Origin: Podarcis tiliguerta
Taxonomy: Eukaryota
Strand: one strand, 5' to 3'
DNA length: 64,000 nucleotides
Assembly: GCA_965153285.1 (NCBI GenBank)
Contig: OZ229119.1
In this document: positions 23,975 to 37,585 of the stretch, piece after piece
Layout of the letters: each line of letters opens with the position of its first letter
Position numbering within the stretch: position 1 is the first letter of the stretch
Made by a program: the position numbers and the translations under genes
The notes under the pieces: model-generated
What the model saw: only the letters and a program-made list of their open reading frames with translations
What the model was told of the DNA's origin: nothing
The model's database searches: none

Positions 23975-25396
23975 CTACAACAAGGAATCGGTGAAGAGAG
24001 AGAGTTATTGGTTCAAGTACCCACCCCTGCTAGCCCTCCCCACTCCCTGCCCAGGATTCAAAGCACTCTGTAAGAGAAATTGCATACATAAGAGAAGCAA
24101 GACAGGGAAAGAGAGAGACAGAAACAGAAGAAACAAGAAATCATGCAACTCTATAATAAATATATACACATACATATATACGGTATATACTGTAAATAGG
24201 CAGGGAGGACAGGCAGGCATGGATTTCCAGGCAGAGAAGGAGAGCAGGCTGGATTCTGTATGAGGATTTGTCACCTATACTGGTTTGTATCAAGATGAGA
24301 CACTGCACTGTTATTTTGGGGGACATTAAGGAAGGACCCACAAACATTCTCCAGTAGGAAGGGAATTTGGGGAAGGATACATCTCCATTCAAGAGAGCAG
24401 GGGAAGGTGTTGGGCTGGGTCTTCTCATTTCATCCTTCTTTGTATTCAGCTGCATCGTTTTGTGTTGGCTAAGCAACCAGAAAAGCACTAGGGTCTTCAC
24501 TCTTGCAGCTTCTTTTTGGTAAGTTTTTTCACCTCCGGGGTAAATCCATAAACAAGCCCAATGGAATCTGGGATCTTGCATGTAAGATTGGCCTTGGGAA
24601 GGCTAAGGGCATAGCCAATTCTTTGGTAACTTTTCTCACACATCTACATTCCTGCAATCACTTTCCATAAACGGCAGATACTGTTTTATAGGATGTGAGG
24701 TCAGAAGTAGGAAACATGAAATGGCCACATGGGCCGGGGGTGTCTGGATTTGGGCAAGGAACTCAACACCATATAGCTAAGAAAAACTAAGCAGTTGCCA
24801 TACCCCTTCTGCAGAATGTAAGGGTTCTTCCCCTAAAATAACTATGCTCTACAAAGAGTCTCCATTCTGACCCAAACGAAAACCCCTCCAGTTTAAATAG
24901 GGCATCCAGTATGCCTAATAATCATGTCAATGTCTGCTGGGAGTATATAACATTTGGAAATCTTTATACATTCTGGTAAACTATGAAGAGCCTTATTAAA
25001 GCAGTAATGATGTATGCAACAGACTTTAGGGTCACTTAACTCAGGAGAACAAAAATATGTATGGAAGACTTAAATCCTCTGAACTGCTCATCATAAAGGG
25101 TTTCCTTGTGTTTCCAGGATGACACTTTTCAAATTAATTTATTTCTAATCAGAAATAAAATGTCAATTGTTACTTTAGTTTCAACCCCTAAGAAGGAAGC
25201 ACCATGACAGACTCAAGAAAATTGGTGTCAGAGTTGGTCCAATGCTCAAAAATTTCACTTGGGTCAAGACAGGTTTGGACCTTCTATTATGCAAGCTGAG
25301 CCAGTTGGCCTCAGGTGCCAGATATTTTGGGGGAAACCATTAAAGGCCACCGAACTATAATTAATTATTATTACTACCAAGTAGTAAAGGGCACCA

Positions 25397-25647
25397 CAGT
25401 CGTACCTTGGATCCTGTATGCCCTGGAACTCAGACGTTTTGGCTCCCGAATGCCGCAAACTCAGAAGTGATTGTTCCGGTTTGCGAACGTTCTTTTGGAA
25501 TCCGAACATCCGACGGGGCTTCCGCAGCTTCTGATTGGCTGCAGGATCTTCCTGCAGCCAATCCGAAGCTGCGATTTGGTATCCAAATGTTCTGGAAGTC
25601 GAATGGACTTCTGGAACAGATTCCATTTGACTTCCAAGGTACGACTG
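25397..25647. mobile_element. Tc1/mariner (Tigger-like) MITE with an internal palindrome
   Basis: TIRs CAGTCGTACCTTGGA...TCCAAGGTACGACTG with a right TA. Internal inverted repeat at about 25524-25572. Confidence 0.85.
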
Positions 25648-28600
25648 TACTTGGATTTTCTGCCTGGAATACCAAAGTGCATTGGGCTGTTTATGGAATG
25701 CACAAAGTATGTTCCCTTGACACATCACACAATAAGATGAACTTCAGTTTTCAATATATAAAGTAGCATAGAAAAGTGTACAAAAGTGCTCCAGGCAGAA
25801 AATCACTTCCTATGTAAACACAATGTCTGCATACGGCAAGGGCATGTATGCTGTGTGTTTACTACAACATGATAAGCACATACCGTGTCTGTTTCACCAC
25901 AAGTGCACATAGCAGGAGAGCTTTTGTGTATCTGTCCCATGTTAAAGTGTGCATGCAATGCTCCTAACAATAGAAGCAGTATCAATGTAAAATAAGTCTT
26001 GCGTGAAATGGACACAAAATTCTAATTATCTCATACACAAGGAAGCTGTTTTAACAATAAAGAATGGGTAGTTTGGGGAAGGTGTTCTTTTCCCATCTGC
26101 ATAACCAAAGCAGAAGCTCCTTTTCCAGCAAACCTATTACTAGCTATTAAGAGAATAAGGCTTTGTAACTGTAGTCTGCAAGGAATATCGGTTTGGCCAA
26201 TACTGTGTACACTGCATAAGGCAGTCAAGGTTGTTTGGACAGTATACAGAAATAAGTTACTGCTGATATTGAAGGTGTGTAAGGAAAAAAAGAGGTTTTA
26301 AGGCACATGAAAATCTAAAAAATTAATAATTCTCTCATCTCATGAAACAAGAGCATGCCCCATCAACAGTCTATTTTTCATGGGATTACTGAATATGGAC
26401 ATCTTTCAGCTATAAATCCTGAATTCAAAAGGCAATTATTAATACTCATAGGCACACCTGTGAGGCCCCAAAATAAGCCAGCCTTTTCATTTGTCTCTAC
26501 CTCTCCACTTCCCCATCACATTTTAGATATCTAAAGCCATCTCTAGTAATTTTCTGCTTGCCAAAGCACCACCACTGCCCATGAAGTGTGGCAAGTAAAG
26601 CCCTCAGTTGTTTGCAAAGCTCATCAAATTGATGACACCACCTATAAGGATGCTGGGGGACAAGGAAATGAATGTCAAGTGACAAAAAAAGAGTTTGCGA
26701 TGGCTGTAGACTGTTGAATGTAGAGGTGCATAATTCTTTCCATTCTTTTAAAACTATATATACCTGCATTCATTTTATGAAACAATTTAAACAACAATAT
26801 TTAAATAGTGGTAAAAGTATTCCAGGGATTAAGTTGGACTGAGTACATTATTTGGCCCCAGCTGATGCTGTGAGCTACCACTAGCAAAAAGCTGCACTCT
26901 GCAGTCCTACCAAAACATATTCTCTATAGATTCTCTCCTTTTCAAGTTGGAGGCAATCAAATTTTCTCTGAAGCAACAAGAATGACTCTGAAAGCCCACA
27001 AAAAGCATTTTAAACCAGAGTCAACTGCAGGATAAAATAAATAAGTTTGGGCAGCTAGTGGTGATAGCACTATCAAAATGTACTCATTAACTCAAAAATG
27101 TTAATATCTGTATGTAGCTTTAAGGAAAACTGCCTTTGAAAATAAGGACAAGGTATGATGCTCAGTTTGTGATTGTGGTGCACTAGATGTTGCTGGTTTC
27201 AATCTTAAAGAGACTGAGTCCCACAGAGTTCCCTCCCTGGGGCTCCCTTGCAGGTGCCAAGATCACTGTAGGCCACTCTCTGCAAAGTAATTTTCAACTA
27301 TAAGGACATGAGACTTCCCGAGGGCTAATCCACAATTATGGAATTCCTAATCTTTTAAGATTTGCCAAAACCTGGGTATCTAACACAGGTAGGGAAAGTT
27401 TCCTGTAACTGGGGTGGCATTTGGTGGTCAAGGACAGCAAACAAGGGATTAAAATTTAATTCATCCTGTGTTGCCTTTGATATTGTTAAATCTGTCTCAA
27501 ATAGGCTGTTATTTACCAGGAGATTTCAGAATAAAGCAGGATGTACATCATAATAAAAAGAAATACATTGTAATAATTAAGTGTAATGTTCTGTTCTTAG
27601 TGCACTGATTGTCCGGTCACTGATAATCCTACCGCATTCCTATTGGAAATTTCAGTGTGTCAATCCAAGCAGAAAAACAATTCTTCCAGGCTGTTTTGAG
27701 GAAAGTCAATTTAGTTACATTTCCCTCCCAAACTTAAGGCCAGTATAACAAAAGGTTACTCGTCTTTACATATCTCAAAATTAAGTTAAATTCATTTTCA
27801 CCAAGCAGGTTGCCTCTTACACCTCTGGTAAATGGACATTGTGAAATAACCTGGGCTTTTGTGTGTTTGCCTCTACTCGTTTCTCAACGAAGGAGTGGTA
27901 GAATATGTCAAGTGAGGAAATCATCATCTAACTATGTTCTCTCCCATGGATGAGCTAGACATTTTGGCAGACAGAGGGCTACAGGCAAAACAGTATTCTC
28001 ATTACTACTTCTTCCTCCCTCGTAAGGTCTAGTGAAACTCACCATGCAATGTCTTGCAGTGAATTCTCTCACCTCGGCACCCAATGAAGATGGAGGGAGG
28101 CAGGGAAAGTCAAGAGTGACGACATCACGTTGCATAGCAAATTTCACTGGCCATTAAGAAGGGTGTGTGGGCAGAAGACTATATACAGAGTTTTGGGTTT
28201 TCAGTAGCAGTCCTGTGTGTGCAGTAACATCTAGTTCTGCTCTTCATGTATTTCATCTATGTTAATTCCAAGTACCATTCATTAGACCAGGCCATTAAGT
28301 GTAGAGGTTCATTCCATTAACAGCAGATGACGACGACAACTGTTTCACATGTTGTATTGAATTTCTGTTTCACATGCCTTGAAGCTGTGTATGATTTTGC
28401 AGAGAACATGTGATACTTGCTGGGGCTGTTCTGTGATGGTCCCTTATGAGGGTGCTAATGCTGATTCAAGGCACAGTGAATTAAAAAACACAAACTTGTA
28501 TCAATTGCTCTCTTCTCTTTTTCATCTTGCAAGGCAAAGTGGAGGCTTCCTTGCCATGATCAAGTTTTATTTCCTAAAGGAAAGCTAGCAGATTGGTAAC

Positions 28601-28925
28601 CTATATGCATTACCACTTTTTTTGCAAGATGCAACTAATAATTGGACAAAACTTTGTCCCGAAGAAGTGAAACGTATTTTCAGAGCAAATGAAACCCGGC
28701 TAAGGGAACTTGCCATTTAGGTAGCTTCACAGGCAGAGAAGCCCAAGATCTGATAGAGAAGGGAAATGGTGAATTTTAATTCATTTGTTTATAAAGATAA
28801 TTTAATAACAGAACCTGCAGCTTAGGAAGGGACCAGTCTGTAAAGCTAGCACACAGGTTGTTATGAACCTTTGCATAAAAATGTAATAAGAAAAGAAAAA
28901 CACAAGATGGAAGATTGGAAGGTAC

Positions 28926-29019
28926 CTGCTTCTCCCCTAAGAGCCTTCTCAACAGCAACTCCCCTCTCCTCCAGCTGCCTTTGCTTCTCTTCTACCTGCT
29001 CCAGCTGTCGTTGGATAAT
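28926..29019 (-). CDS. MICAL3: MICAL3 exon, 94 nt, phase 0 to 1 (IIQRQLEQVEEKQRQLEERGVAVEKALRGEA), bMERB
   Basis: Acceptor ttttcccatag|ATT and donor GCAG|gtacct. Confidence 0.96.
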
Positions 29020-30153
29020 CTATGGGAAAAGAGAGAAAACACACACACAAGTTCTCATTCTCCTGTGTTCAAATGGCAGGATACTAATTTAAAGAATCTC
29101 CAGTGCTTCCAAAGCAGACCAGCGCCACCTAAGAGCTGTTCCAGAGGCTCACACCAGAGGGGCCTTAAGGTTTTGTAACTGATGATCAACTCCTGGGGGA
29201 AAAGAGAGCATGGATGTTTTCCAAGCAGTGGCCCATCTGGGAATTTCCCCCCCAAGTACCTGGTTGGGCAACATGCTCTCCATGTGTCCTTAAAAATGGT
29301 GGATGAAGCATCCAGTGTGTGCACACTATGGGGACCAGGGGCTCATCTACACTTTTGCTTTCACCCAGGGAAATCTACTCTTTAGCACTGAATTGGAGCA
29401 AACATCAATCAGGTTTCCCATGGATTGACTTTGCTCCGATTCAGTGCCAAAGAGTGGGTTTTCATGAGGCAAGCAGCGGGGCAAACAGAAAACTTCTCAG
29501 ACATGCTTTCTAGGCATGGGACAAGCAAAGTGTGGACAAGCCCTAGATATGTGGGAAGTACTCACACACCTTTCCCAAAAATACCTTCAAATAATTTTGG
29601 AATCTTTCATCAAATCCTACCTCTTCCACAACATCTCTTAACCATAACCCCCTACTATATTTGAGTAATATGAATTTGTGTACATTCTTCCTCTTGCCCC
29701 AGTGTCCACCTTCCTCTCCTTTGTCTCCATTTGGTCAAAATCTAGACTGAAAGCTCCTCAGGGCAGGGATATGCCTTTTTGTTTGTGCTGCTGTGTGAAG
29801 TGTCTTCAGGATATTGATAAGTCACACATTCTCCAGCTACTGTTTTGGATCCGTACAAGGCAGAAGTGTACATAGGTATATCACTTGCAGCTGCTCATAC
29901 AGGTGTCTTACAAAAGCAGCACCCCAGGCAGCAACAAGAGAGTAATATGTACCGTTGTCAAACCTTACATGTAGGAAGTGCAGATAAATTATGGGAAAAC
30001 ATCAGGATCATATCAAGGTCAATGTAATGTGACCTTCCTCAAGACATGCAGTTTTCTGATGCACACTGCAAAGATGTGCACAAAGAAGGTTATCTTCTTA
30101 AAGGCTCATGATTTTTTCTTCCTGGAAATTATGGATGAAAATTATGGCTTTAC

Positions 30154-30261
30154 CTGAGCCCTGTGTAACCTCTTCAGCTCCTCCTGCTTGGCTTGACGGC
30201 GAGCAGCTTTCTGCACCCGTCTGGTCAGTTTGGCGTTGAGCTCATCCTCCGTGTATGCTTT
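30154..30261 (-). CDS. MICAL3: MICAL3 exon, 108 nt, phase 0 (KAYTEDELNAKLTRRVQKAARRQAKQEELKRLHRAQ), start of the bMERB coiled coil
   Basis: Acceptor tttattgctgcag|AAA and donor CAG|gtaaag. Confidence 0.96.
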
Positions 30262-32380
30262 CTGCAGCAATAAAGAGAGGAATGCATTTCAGTCCCTTAC
30301 AACAAAGCTGTCAGCCTGAATAAGTAGGAACAGAAGGTGCTACTTGCTAGACTTTCTTCTCAGTGGGCAAACTGTCAATTTGAGTGCTAACAGTGCAGTG
30401 CGTGGGCCTTGGTGCAGAAGGAAGGTGTGAAAGAAAGGCATGAATCAGGTGCAAAGCGGTGATTTAACAGAGAGCTTCCAGTTACAGCTGCATCCTCTTC
30501 AATTCTCCTTGTGGCTTGCCCTAAAGATAGGAGGTGTCCCTGATTTCATCAACTTTCTTACAAAGAAGGGAGCCTATTGTATTACTCTTTGACCTAGGCA
30601 AAGTAAAAAAAAATAAACCCATGACCAAATCATCTTACGAAGTAGGCTGAGAGTTCGTTGTAGATTATAGCAAATGGTATACTGCCTATTTCCTTGTGCT
30701 ACCGTGAGTCCAGGCTGCAACTTCTACCATATTTGCAACTCCTCCCAATCACTTAATCAGCAGGGCATGGAACCACTCAACCTGCATTTTCAATGCAACA
30801 ATAGAGGAAACTCATGATCTAAAGGCCTATGTAATGCACTAAAGGCCTATGTAATCACTTCAACCTGCAATTGGGAATAATGGCGATATGAATTCTATAT
30901 TAAAAAGTCAATTCTTAGCACATACAAAACCAGAATGCAATGAGGAAAGCTATGCAAATATCCTTCCAGCTAACATAAAAACATTCTAGGCAAGCATACA
31001 ACTGTGAGAGCACCCTAACAGCAGTGTTAAATGGTCAAGTAGCAGTTGTGTCATATGGGCCTGCTGATCATACAACTTAGCTATAAATTTGTGGTGTGAA
31101 CTAGCTCTATGGGGTTATAAGCTGCCTATGTCTTCCAGTTTTATGGACACATGCTCCAGTGTCTTTTAAACATCTTGTCAAAATCATTAATATAAACAAC
31201 TAGTTTCAAGATAGACATACAACTTACAGAGTTGTTTTGGGGCTGAGAATTCACATCTATGTTGTAACAAGATGTGTGAAGCATGTGTTTTCCTAACATA
31301 TCATCCTCCCTTGACAATTCAGAGCAGCCCCCCATTGACACAAATATCCCAGCATCCCCTATTACCTTCATGCCATTTTTAAAAATCAAGTCAACAAGAT
31401 TTGGGTGGCTGAAATCTTGGTCAGATTAGAGATTGGAAGTCATTAGAGTTACCAGAGTTTATTAGTGCTAAAAAGATGCTAAATCACAGGAAGATCACTT
31501 TGGAGCCCCACTAAGCCCATACGTAACAGTTTCACTGGTAGCTTATGTAAGTATTTGGCCACAGAATGTGTAAAAGTGATGTGTTTGCTCTGAGAAAAGC
31601 AAATCCGTGAATTGCCTCTTTCATTGTTTTCTTATTCAAGACTGCAACCTGAAACCAAGTGCTACTTTCTCATATTACATTTTTATATGTTAAAATCCAC
31701 ACTTCAGCAGGAAAACCTGCATTTCCTAAGCTGAGAATGCTTGCACATTTCTTTCCCATTTGGCTCAATGTATGCATCAAGAAGTTGAAGCATATACTAG
31801 GCCAAAAGAAGAAAACACACCTGGATGACAACTCTCACATTACAATGTGCAAGCCTTCACAGATGTGTAGATTTCGACACACAAAACAGTAACATGAGAT
31901 ATAACCTGTGAGCAGAGTTGGAAGGCATCGCTGCACAACAAACTTGATACTGGTTTCTCCCAAGAATCTCGAGAACTGTAGCTTGCTGAGAAGTCAGTTT
32001 GACACATCTAGGTCACACTCACATAGAACTCAAGAGTTCCTTAGGGAAATGGAACAGGTACAAAACCAATTACAGCCACTGATGTGAATGTGCTTAGAAT
32101 GGGAAGAGGGGCAACTGAGGTGATATTGTGATACCCCCTAAAACAATATGTTACTTGGACTACAATTTGGAACCAGCTTTTATCAATAATTCAGAATTAA
32201 CCAAAAGATTTGGAGAACTGTGGGAATGAACACAAGTATTTGCAAAAGTTGTTGTTGTTGTTTTTATTAAAATGATGCTTGTTTTGTGCACTCTACCTAT
32301 GTGTATACTTATATTTTTACACTGACATATGGAGTGTACAGAAACATATCAATAAATTATAATGGCCAAGGCTACTGTGC

Positions 32381-32585
32381 GGCATGGTGATTAGAGTAGA
32401 GGACTACAATTGGGGAGATCCAAGCTCAAATCTCCATTCAGCTCACTGGGTGACCTTCAGCTGATCTCTTCCTCTCAGCTTACCCTACCTATCAGGGTTG
32501 TTGTGAGGATAAAATGGGGAAATCTTGTAAGCCACCTTGATCTCCTTGGAGGATGAGCAGAATAAAAATGCAATAAATAATAAAG
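32381..32585 (+). mobile_element. tRNA-derived SINE (MIR/L2-tailed type)
   Basis: Degenerate tRNA head, ctgggtgacctt and gggttgttgtgaggataaaatgggg core, and an (AATA)n tail. Confidence 0.7.
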
Positions 32586-32933
32586 TAAAATGATTTCAAT
32601 TTATACCAGATATAAGTAAGTACCTAATATGTCCAGCAAAATACCCTTTAAAACCTTTTTAAAAAGAAATAAACCAAGATCAACAGGTTCTCTCTCTCTG
32701 GTTGATCCTTGATGCACATACTGCATGCATTTCAAGTGAGCATGAAGGTTTAGGATTTGACATTTCCTTGATCAGGTTGCCCCCCCCCTTTTTTTAACCA
32801 TTTCATACATGCACAGTCAGGAATTACATTAGTACAAACAAAGGCAGGGAGATGGGACATAGACTATAGTTCTGGTAGGTTAATAATGGGAATGCATGCA
32901 ACTGTGGCCAGTCAATGAGAATGGAGACACTAC

Positions 32934-32984
32934 CTTTGATGCGTATGATCTCTTGAATGCCAAGGCGTGTGGGACGTAAATCGA
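32934..32984 (-). CDS. MICAL3: MICAL3 cassette exon, 51 nt, symmetric phase 0 (SIYVPHALAFKRSYASK)
   Basis: Acceptor cctcccccttttaaag|TCG and donor AAG|gtagtg. In frame, with downstream RBFOX and QKI motifs. I recall a similar peptide in some MICAL3 isoforms (unverified). Confidence 0.8.
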
Positions 32985-34142
32985 CTTTAAAAGGGGGAGG
33001 GGGAAGGAATGGCAAAGGCAAAAATAAATAAATAATAAAACCCACACACATAAAATGGAGCACAGTCAGTTAAACATTAATACGCCGAAAACAAAATGAA
33101 CAGTAAGAAACACAAAGGTTGCTCAAAGTGCAACATGGCACTATGTATGAGGGTGAATGCTTCAGAATCAGGAAACAAATACTTGACCAGGCCTGCACTG
33201 CCTGTGACCCAAACCCAAATGCAACCTACAAGCCATGTATTGTAGCCTGTCACGATGTACAACCCTACCCCCTACCCAACCCCCGCTGCCAATTTTGGTA
33301 GTCACAGGCAACAGAAAGAGTTGGTTCATCAAACTCTTGGTGCACTAATATACATGGCTTGGGAGCACTGTTCAGCTTGGGAGATGGCAGGGATCACAAC
33401 TTGTGGAAGTCCAGGCCAGACCAATTTAGGTACAACATAGCAACAAAGCAGCTGGTTTTAATTAAGAGACGTTATTACTGTTGCTCAGCCTACTGATTCA
33501 CTATCATAAGCTTAAATGCATGCAGAAGCTTAACTCTCTTTGCTCCTGCATGAACAGTAAAAAGAGGATTACACAGAGCCGTCTCCTTGTTTCACTCTTC
33601 TGTTGCTTGCATTCTTGCCTGGGCCAAGGCAGAAGCAAATGGAAGTTTGCAGCACAGGTGGATTGGAAGAAAAGGGCTCTGCAAAGCTTCTGTCACTATT
33701 CAGAAGGAATAGTGGAAGGAGGGAGTTTAAAGACAACTATGGCAGTGACAAAGTTCACATGGGAGAAAGCAGCTGATCATACCCACCCCCCATATGTGTA
33801 TCTGTGCTTCTCCCCTGTGGGATAGTCACATAACTATTTCTTGTCTAATGAAACTGTGTATGAATGCCTAGTCTGGCATTCAATTCTGACTCCAATCTTC
33901 TACTTGAATTGAGATTTACCTTTACAGACATTATGTTTTTCCACAGGGCACCTAGGCATCCTTCCACCCTGTTTTCACTGGAAAGCACTCAGTTAAACAA
34001 TTTCGCAAGTGAAAATTTGCACGTGGTGCTGCTTTGGTTAGTTGTGCAGGGCAAAGAGCCAAACAGGCCACTGAAGCCCGGCCAATTACCCTGGAAAACC
34101 TTGCTCCTCCCCAAGGCATTACCCATCTCAGACGTGTTATAG

Positions 34143-34273
34143 CAGGAATGGGGGAACTACAGCCCTCCAGAAATTTTTGGACTACAACTCCCATCAGTCC
34201 CAGGCAGCTCAGCCAAAGGACAGGGATGAATAGTGTCCAGCAGCAGCTAGTAAACCAGAGTTTCCCCATCTCT
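34143..34273. mobile_element. Hairpin hAT-type MITE copy
   Basis: caggaatgggggaact...agtttccccatctctg termini and a ggactacaactcccatca core. Confidence 0.7.
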
Positions 34274-35692
34274 GTTTCATAGGCTATAAATGTGACTCTT
34301 TTTTAAATGAAATGTGATTTTTCAGAACACTGAATTTTGTGCCCAGGTTTTTTTTCCCCCCCAGTTGCATAGTATCTTTTATGGAATTGCTTAAAAGTAC
34401 ACATGTCACTCTGCCTTTCAGTACTTTCATAGTGCACTTAATCTTCATTAAATAAATGCATAAACACAAAGGGAAAACTGAAGTGCAACCAGAGTTTAGA
34501 CTTTGGGACCTCCAATATGACATCCACAGTGTCAAACATCCCCCTTAGCATAAGAGCATAAGAAAAGCCTGATGGATCAGGCCAAAGGTTGATCTGTTTT
34601 GTAACTAGGAGGGGTCCTCTATAACCATAACAGCTATGACAGTTGCGGACCCCTGCTTTAGACAAAACCTCAGCCTTCAGCAGGCTACCAGAGAAGGAAA
34701 TATACTCTTGAACAAGCAGTCAGATACTAAGTATATCAAATATTTTACAACATCAGCACATACACACATACACTGACCAAAGCTCCAAGAAGCACATATC
34801 CCACAGGAAGCTATACCAGCATTTATTTAGAAGCTGCTTCTAGTGTTAGACAGCAGACAAAACTAAAGAGCTAATCGCAAACATTACAGTAAACCACATC
34901 AAACAGGCAACCTTTGGGAAGAGGATATGGTATTGCAACAAGAGCACTAGCTGCTGGGTTTTGGTCTATAAGCAGTTCATGATCGGTCATGTAGCAGAGA
35001 GAAGAAAATACTGGTTTAGGAGGTACACACAAGCCCATGCCCTTGCATTCCAGATTAGTAATCAAATTAAGACCATCCCACAACACCCTGCCATTTCTGT
35101 TCTCAAAACTCACCAGCATGGAAAACATCACACTGGGGCAGTGACGAGCAAAGGTGGCTCTATGAACTACAACTAAGCAATGGGGAACAGACTGCAATTG
35201 TGTATTTCTTCCTCACAGCTGCTCCCCTCTCTCCTTCGCTGCAGTCAAGCCATATATTGTCACTGATACAACAATCCTGCAGCCGGCTCCTGATCTCTCT
35301 CTGTTTTATGCATCCCAGCTCAATATCAGAACTGGAGAGGGTTAGTTAGTCCATGGAATGTTTAACCATCCTTTCATTCATGTAACTGGAGGAGTCAAGA
35401 TTGGTAAAATGACCAATTACTTCTACTCTTTCAGTACATATTCCTTCTTAATGCAACTCTCAATGCATATTAATAACAGTTCTTTGCTGAGGATTAAGAT
35501 ACCTGGAATGTCTGCAATATTCAAAATACACAACAGAACAACCATTAAGCACCCCAATGGCTATTTAGAGGTGAAGTAATCCTCACTCTTCATCACACGT
35601 TGGCCACCTGTGTGAATCAGATGTGGTAGAAGTGCTAACCAATCCCTGCTAAGCAGCTATGTGAACATTGAGGCAGCTTCAGGACTCTAAGC

Positions 35693-35828
35693 TAGGGATT
35701 GGGTACCAAGGCCCTACAGATGTTGCTGGGCTGCAACTCCCACCCTCCCTGTCTATTGCCTATGTTGGCTGGGGAAGGTAGAAGTGGGAATCCCACAACA
35801 TCTGGAAGGCCACAGGTTCCCACTTCTG
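35693..35828. mobile_element. Hairpin hAT-type MITE copy
   Basis: cagatgttgctgggctgcaactccc...caacatctggaaggccacaggttccc arms. Confidence 0.7.
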
Positions 35829-37041
35829 CTCTATGCAGACATGAATAAGTAACTGCTTCATGACGTATCAGAACCCACCACACTGTTACTACTACCCTCT
35901 CCCATGATGCTGTTTCCAGCATCCCCAGGTACCTCCTCCTTCCTTTGCATCCCAGATGTAATGTGGAACCTGCCAGGAAAAGCCTGAAGGCAAGCATGTG
36001 GGAAGTTGGGGGGGGGGGCAGGAAAGGGTCCAATAAAAAACAACAACAGCTCAAATATAGGTATGTTAAACATGAGAAGAAACTCAGCGTCTGAGTATGA
36101 AAGACAGTCACATTTACAAGCTTACATCATCATCCTTGGACAGCTGCCTGAGCTGTAATTTATCATCCAAGATAAAAGTGGCCAGTTGGAGTGCTTACTC
36201 ACAAGCAGATCTTCTAGCAGGAAAAACTACAGATTATTTGCTCGACATGCAAATAATCATACTTGCAAATAAGACCTCCATCTTGCCATTTGAAACAGCG
36301 ATTGTAGGGTGTTCTTCACTGTCATAAAACTGAACAGTGCAAGGAACTTAGCACCTCTTTGATGAGGTAGTGACTTTCCCATAAAGCTTGGAAACTGAGT
36401 CCTAAAACAGTGATATGTTTGTCATGAGGTGTAAACCGCACAAGCCATTCCCAGTACACATCAAAGGAACAACAACTGGAACAAACATACCAGCTTTGCA
36501 AGCTGCATCTCATTCTCAACAGGAGCAATGTGAGATGATAAATTGATGCTACAGATCACACAACTGAGGTTGAGACATAGCCAGTGGAATCATTTAGGAA
36601 AGAGATCCAGCATTTCAGGCCATAAATGAGGATTCCTCAGGAGGAACTATATGTCTGGATCAATGTGTTTGTTCTATACCCCAATGGACAACTGATATAA
36701 AGCAATTAAGTGGTCAGTGTGCTAAATATGCATGTCACAGTTCCTACATTTGCTAAAAGTGTGTTTGTATAGAAAGGCAGATCATTTGACCTGTGTAGAT
36801 ACCATATATAGTTATTAAGAGATGTGAAAAGCAATGCTCTTCATAAACACTGAGTTTTTACAGTATAATCCCAGAAATATCCAAAAGTGGGCTTTTGTCT
36901 GCAGGTTTCTTCCAGCCCAGCTAAAGTAAATTAATAGGACATATTAAACATTAATCACTTCAGCTTCCTAAGGTTTTATTATTTATCTTGGCTTTGAAAG
37001 AGCACAGCTAGCTCAACATTTCCCACCCAGTTTAATCTTAC

Positions 37042-37136
37042 CTCTCGCTTGGATCTCTGTGAAGAGCGCTCTAAGACGTCATCGTTGGAGAGGTCAGAGT
37101 CCTCAGAGAAGCTTAAGTGTCGACGTAGTTGCAAAT
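37042..37136 (-). CDS. MICAL3: MICAL3 exon, 95 nt, phase 1 to 0 (DLQLRRHLSFSEDSDLSNDDVLERSSQRSKRE)
   Basis: Acceptor ctttaccatctcag|AT and donor GAG|gtaaga. Contains the conserved LSFSEDSDLS motif. Confidence 0.95.
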
Positions 37137-37405
37137 CTGAGATGGTAAAGAAACAAATCAGATGACACAGCCAGAGGAGCAGCTGGCATCATAATGAACT
37201 TAGATGATGAGACTCTTAAAGTCTGAAAAAAAAACACACCACCCACTGCTGCTACACTGACTAGAGCAGCTACCCATTCGTGATTTCCCCCTCCCCATTT
37301 TTAATGGTGTTCTTTGACATCTGTGTGCTCAATTTCTTTAATGTTGAAGGACATATTTCTCCTCCCTGGTCCCTACTAAATTTATTTCTAACCACATCAC
37401 TGAGA

Positions 37406-37585
37406 GCCAGTGGTTACAGTGTTGGGCAGGAACTGGGGGGACTCAGGTTCAAATCCTCCCTTGGTCATGAAGTTCACTGGGTGACCTTGAGGTACTCACC
37501 TAGCCTATCTCACAGGGTTGTTGTTGTGAAGATAAAAGGAGTGTGTGTTTATGCATCTATGAGTTCGTTGGAAGAAAGCAAATAC
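37406..37585 (+). mobile_element. tRNA-derived SINE (same family as 32381)
   Basis: B-box GGTTCAAATCC, cactgggtgaccttg and cacagggttgttgttgtgaagataaa. Confidence 0.7.

Noticed and set aside
28117-28145. X-box-like GTTGCATAGCAAA and CRE-like motifs
   Set aside because: Imperfect short matches with no supporting context.
30819-30858. 20-bp tandem duplication (also a 15-bp one at about 51406-51440)
   Set aside because: Ordinary local slippage with two units only; not an array or CRISPR.
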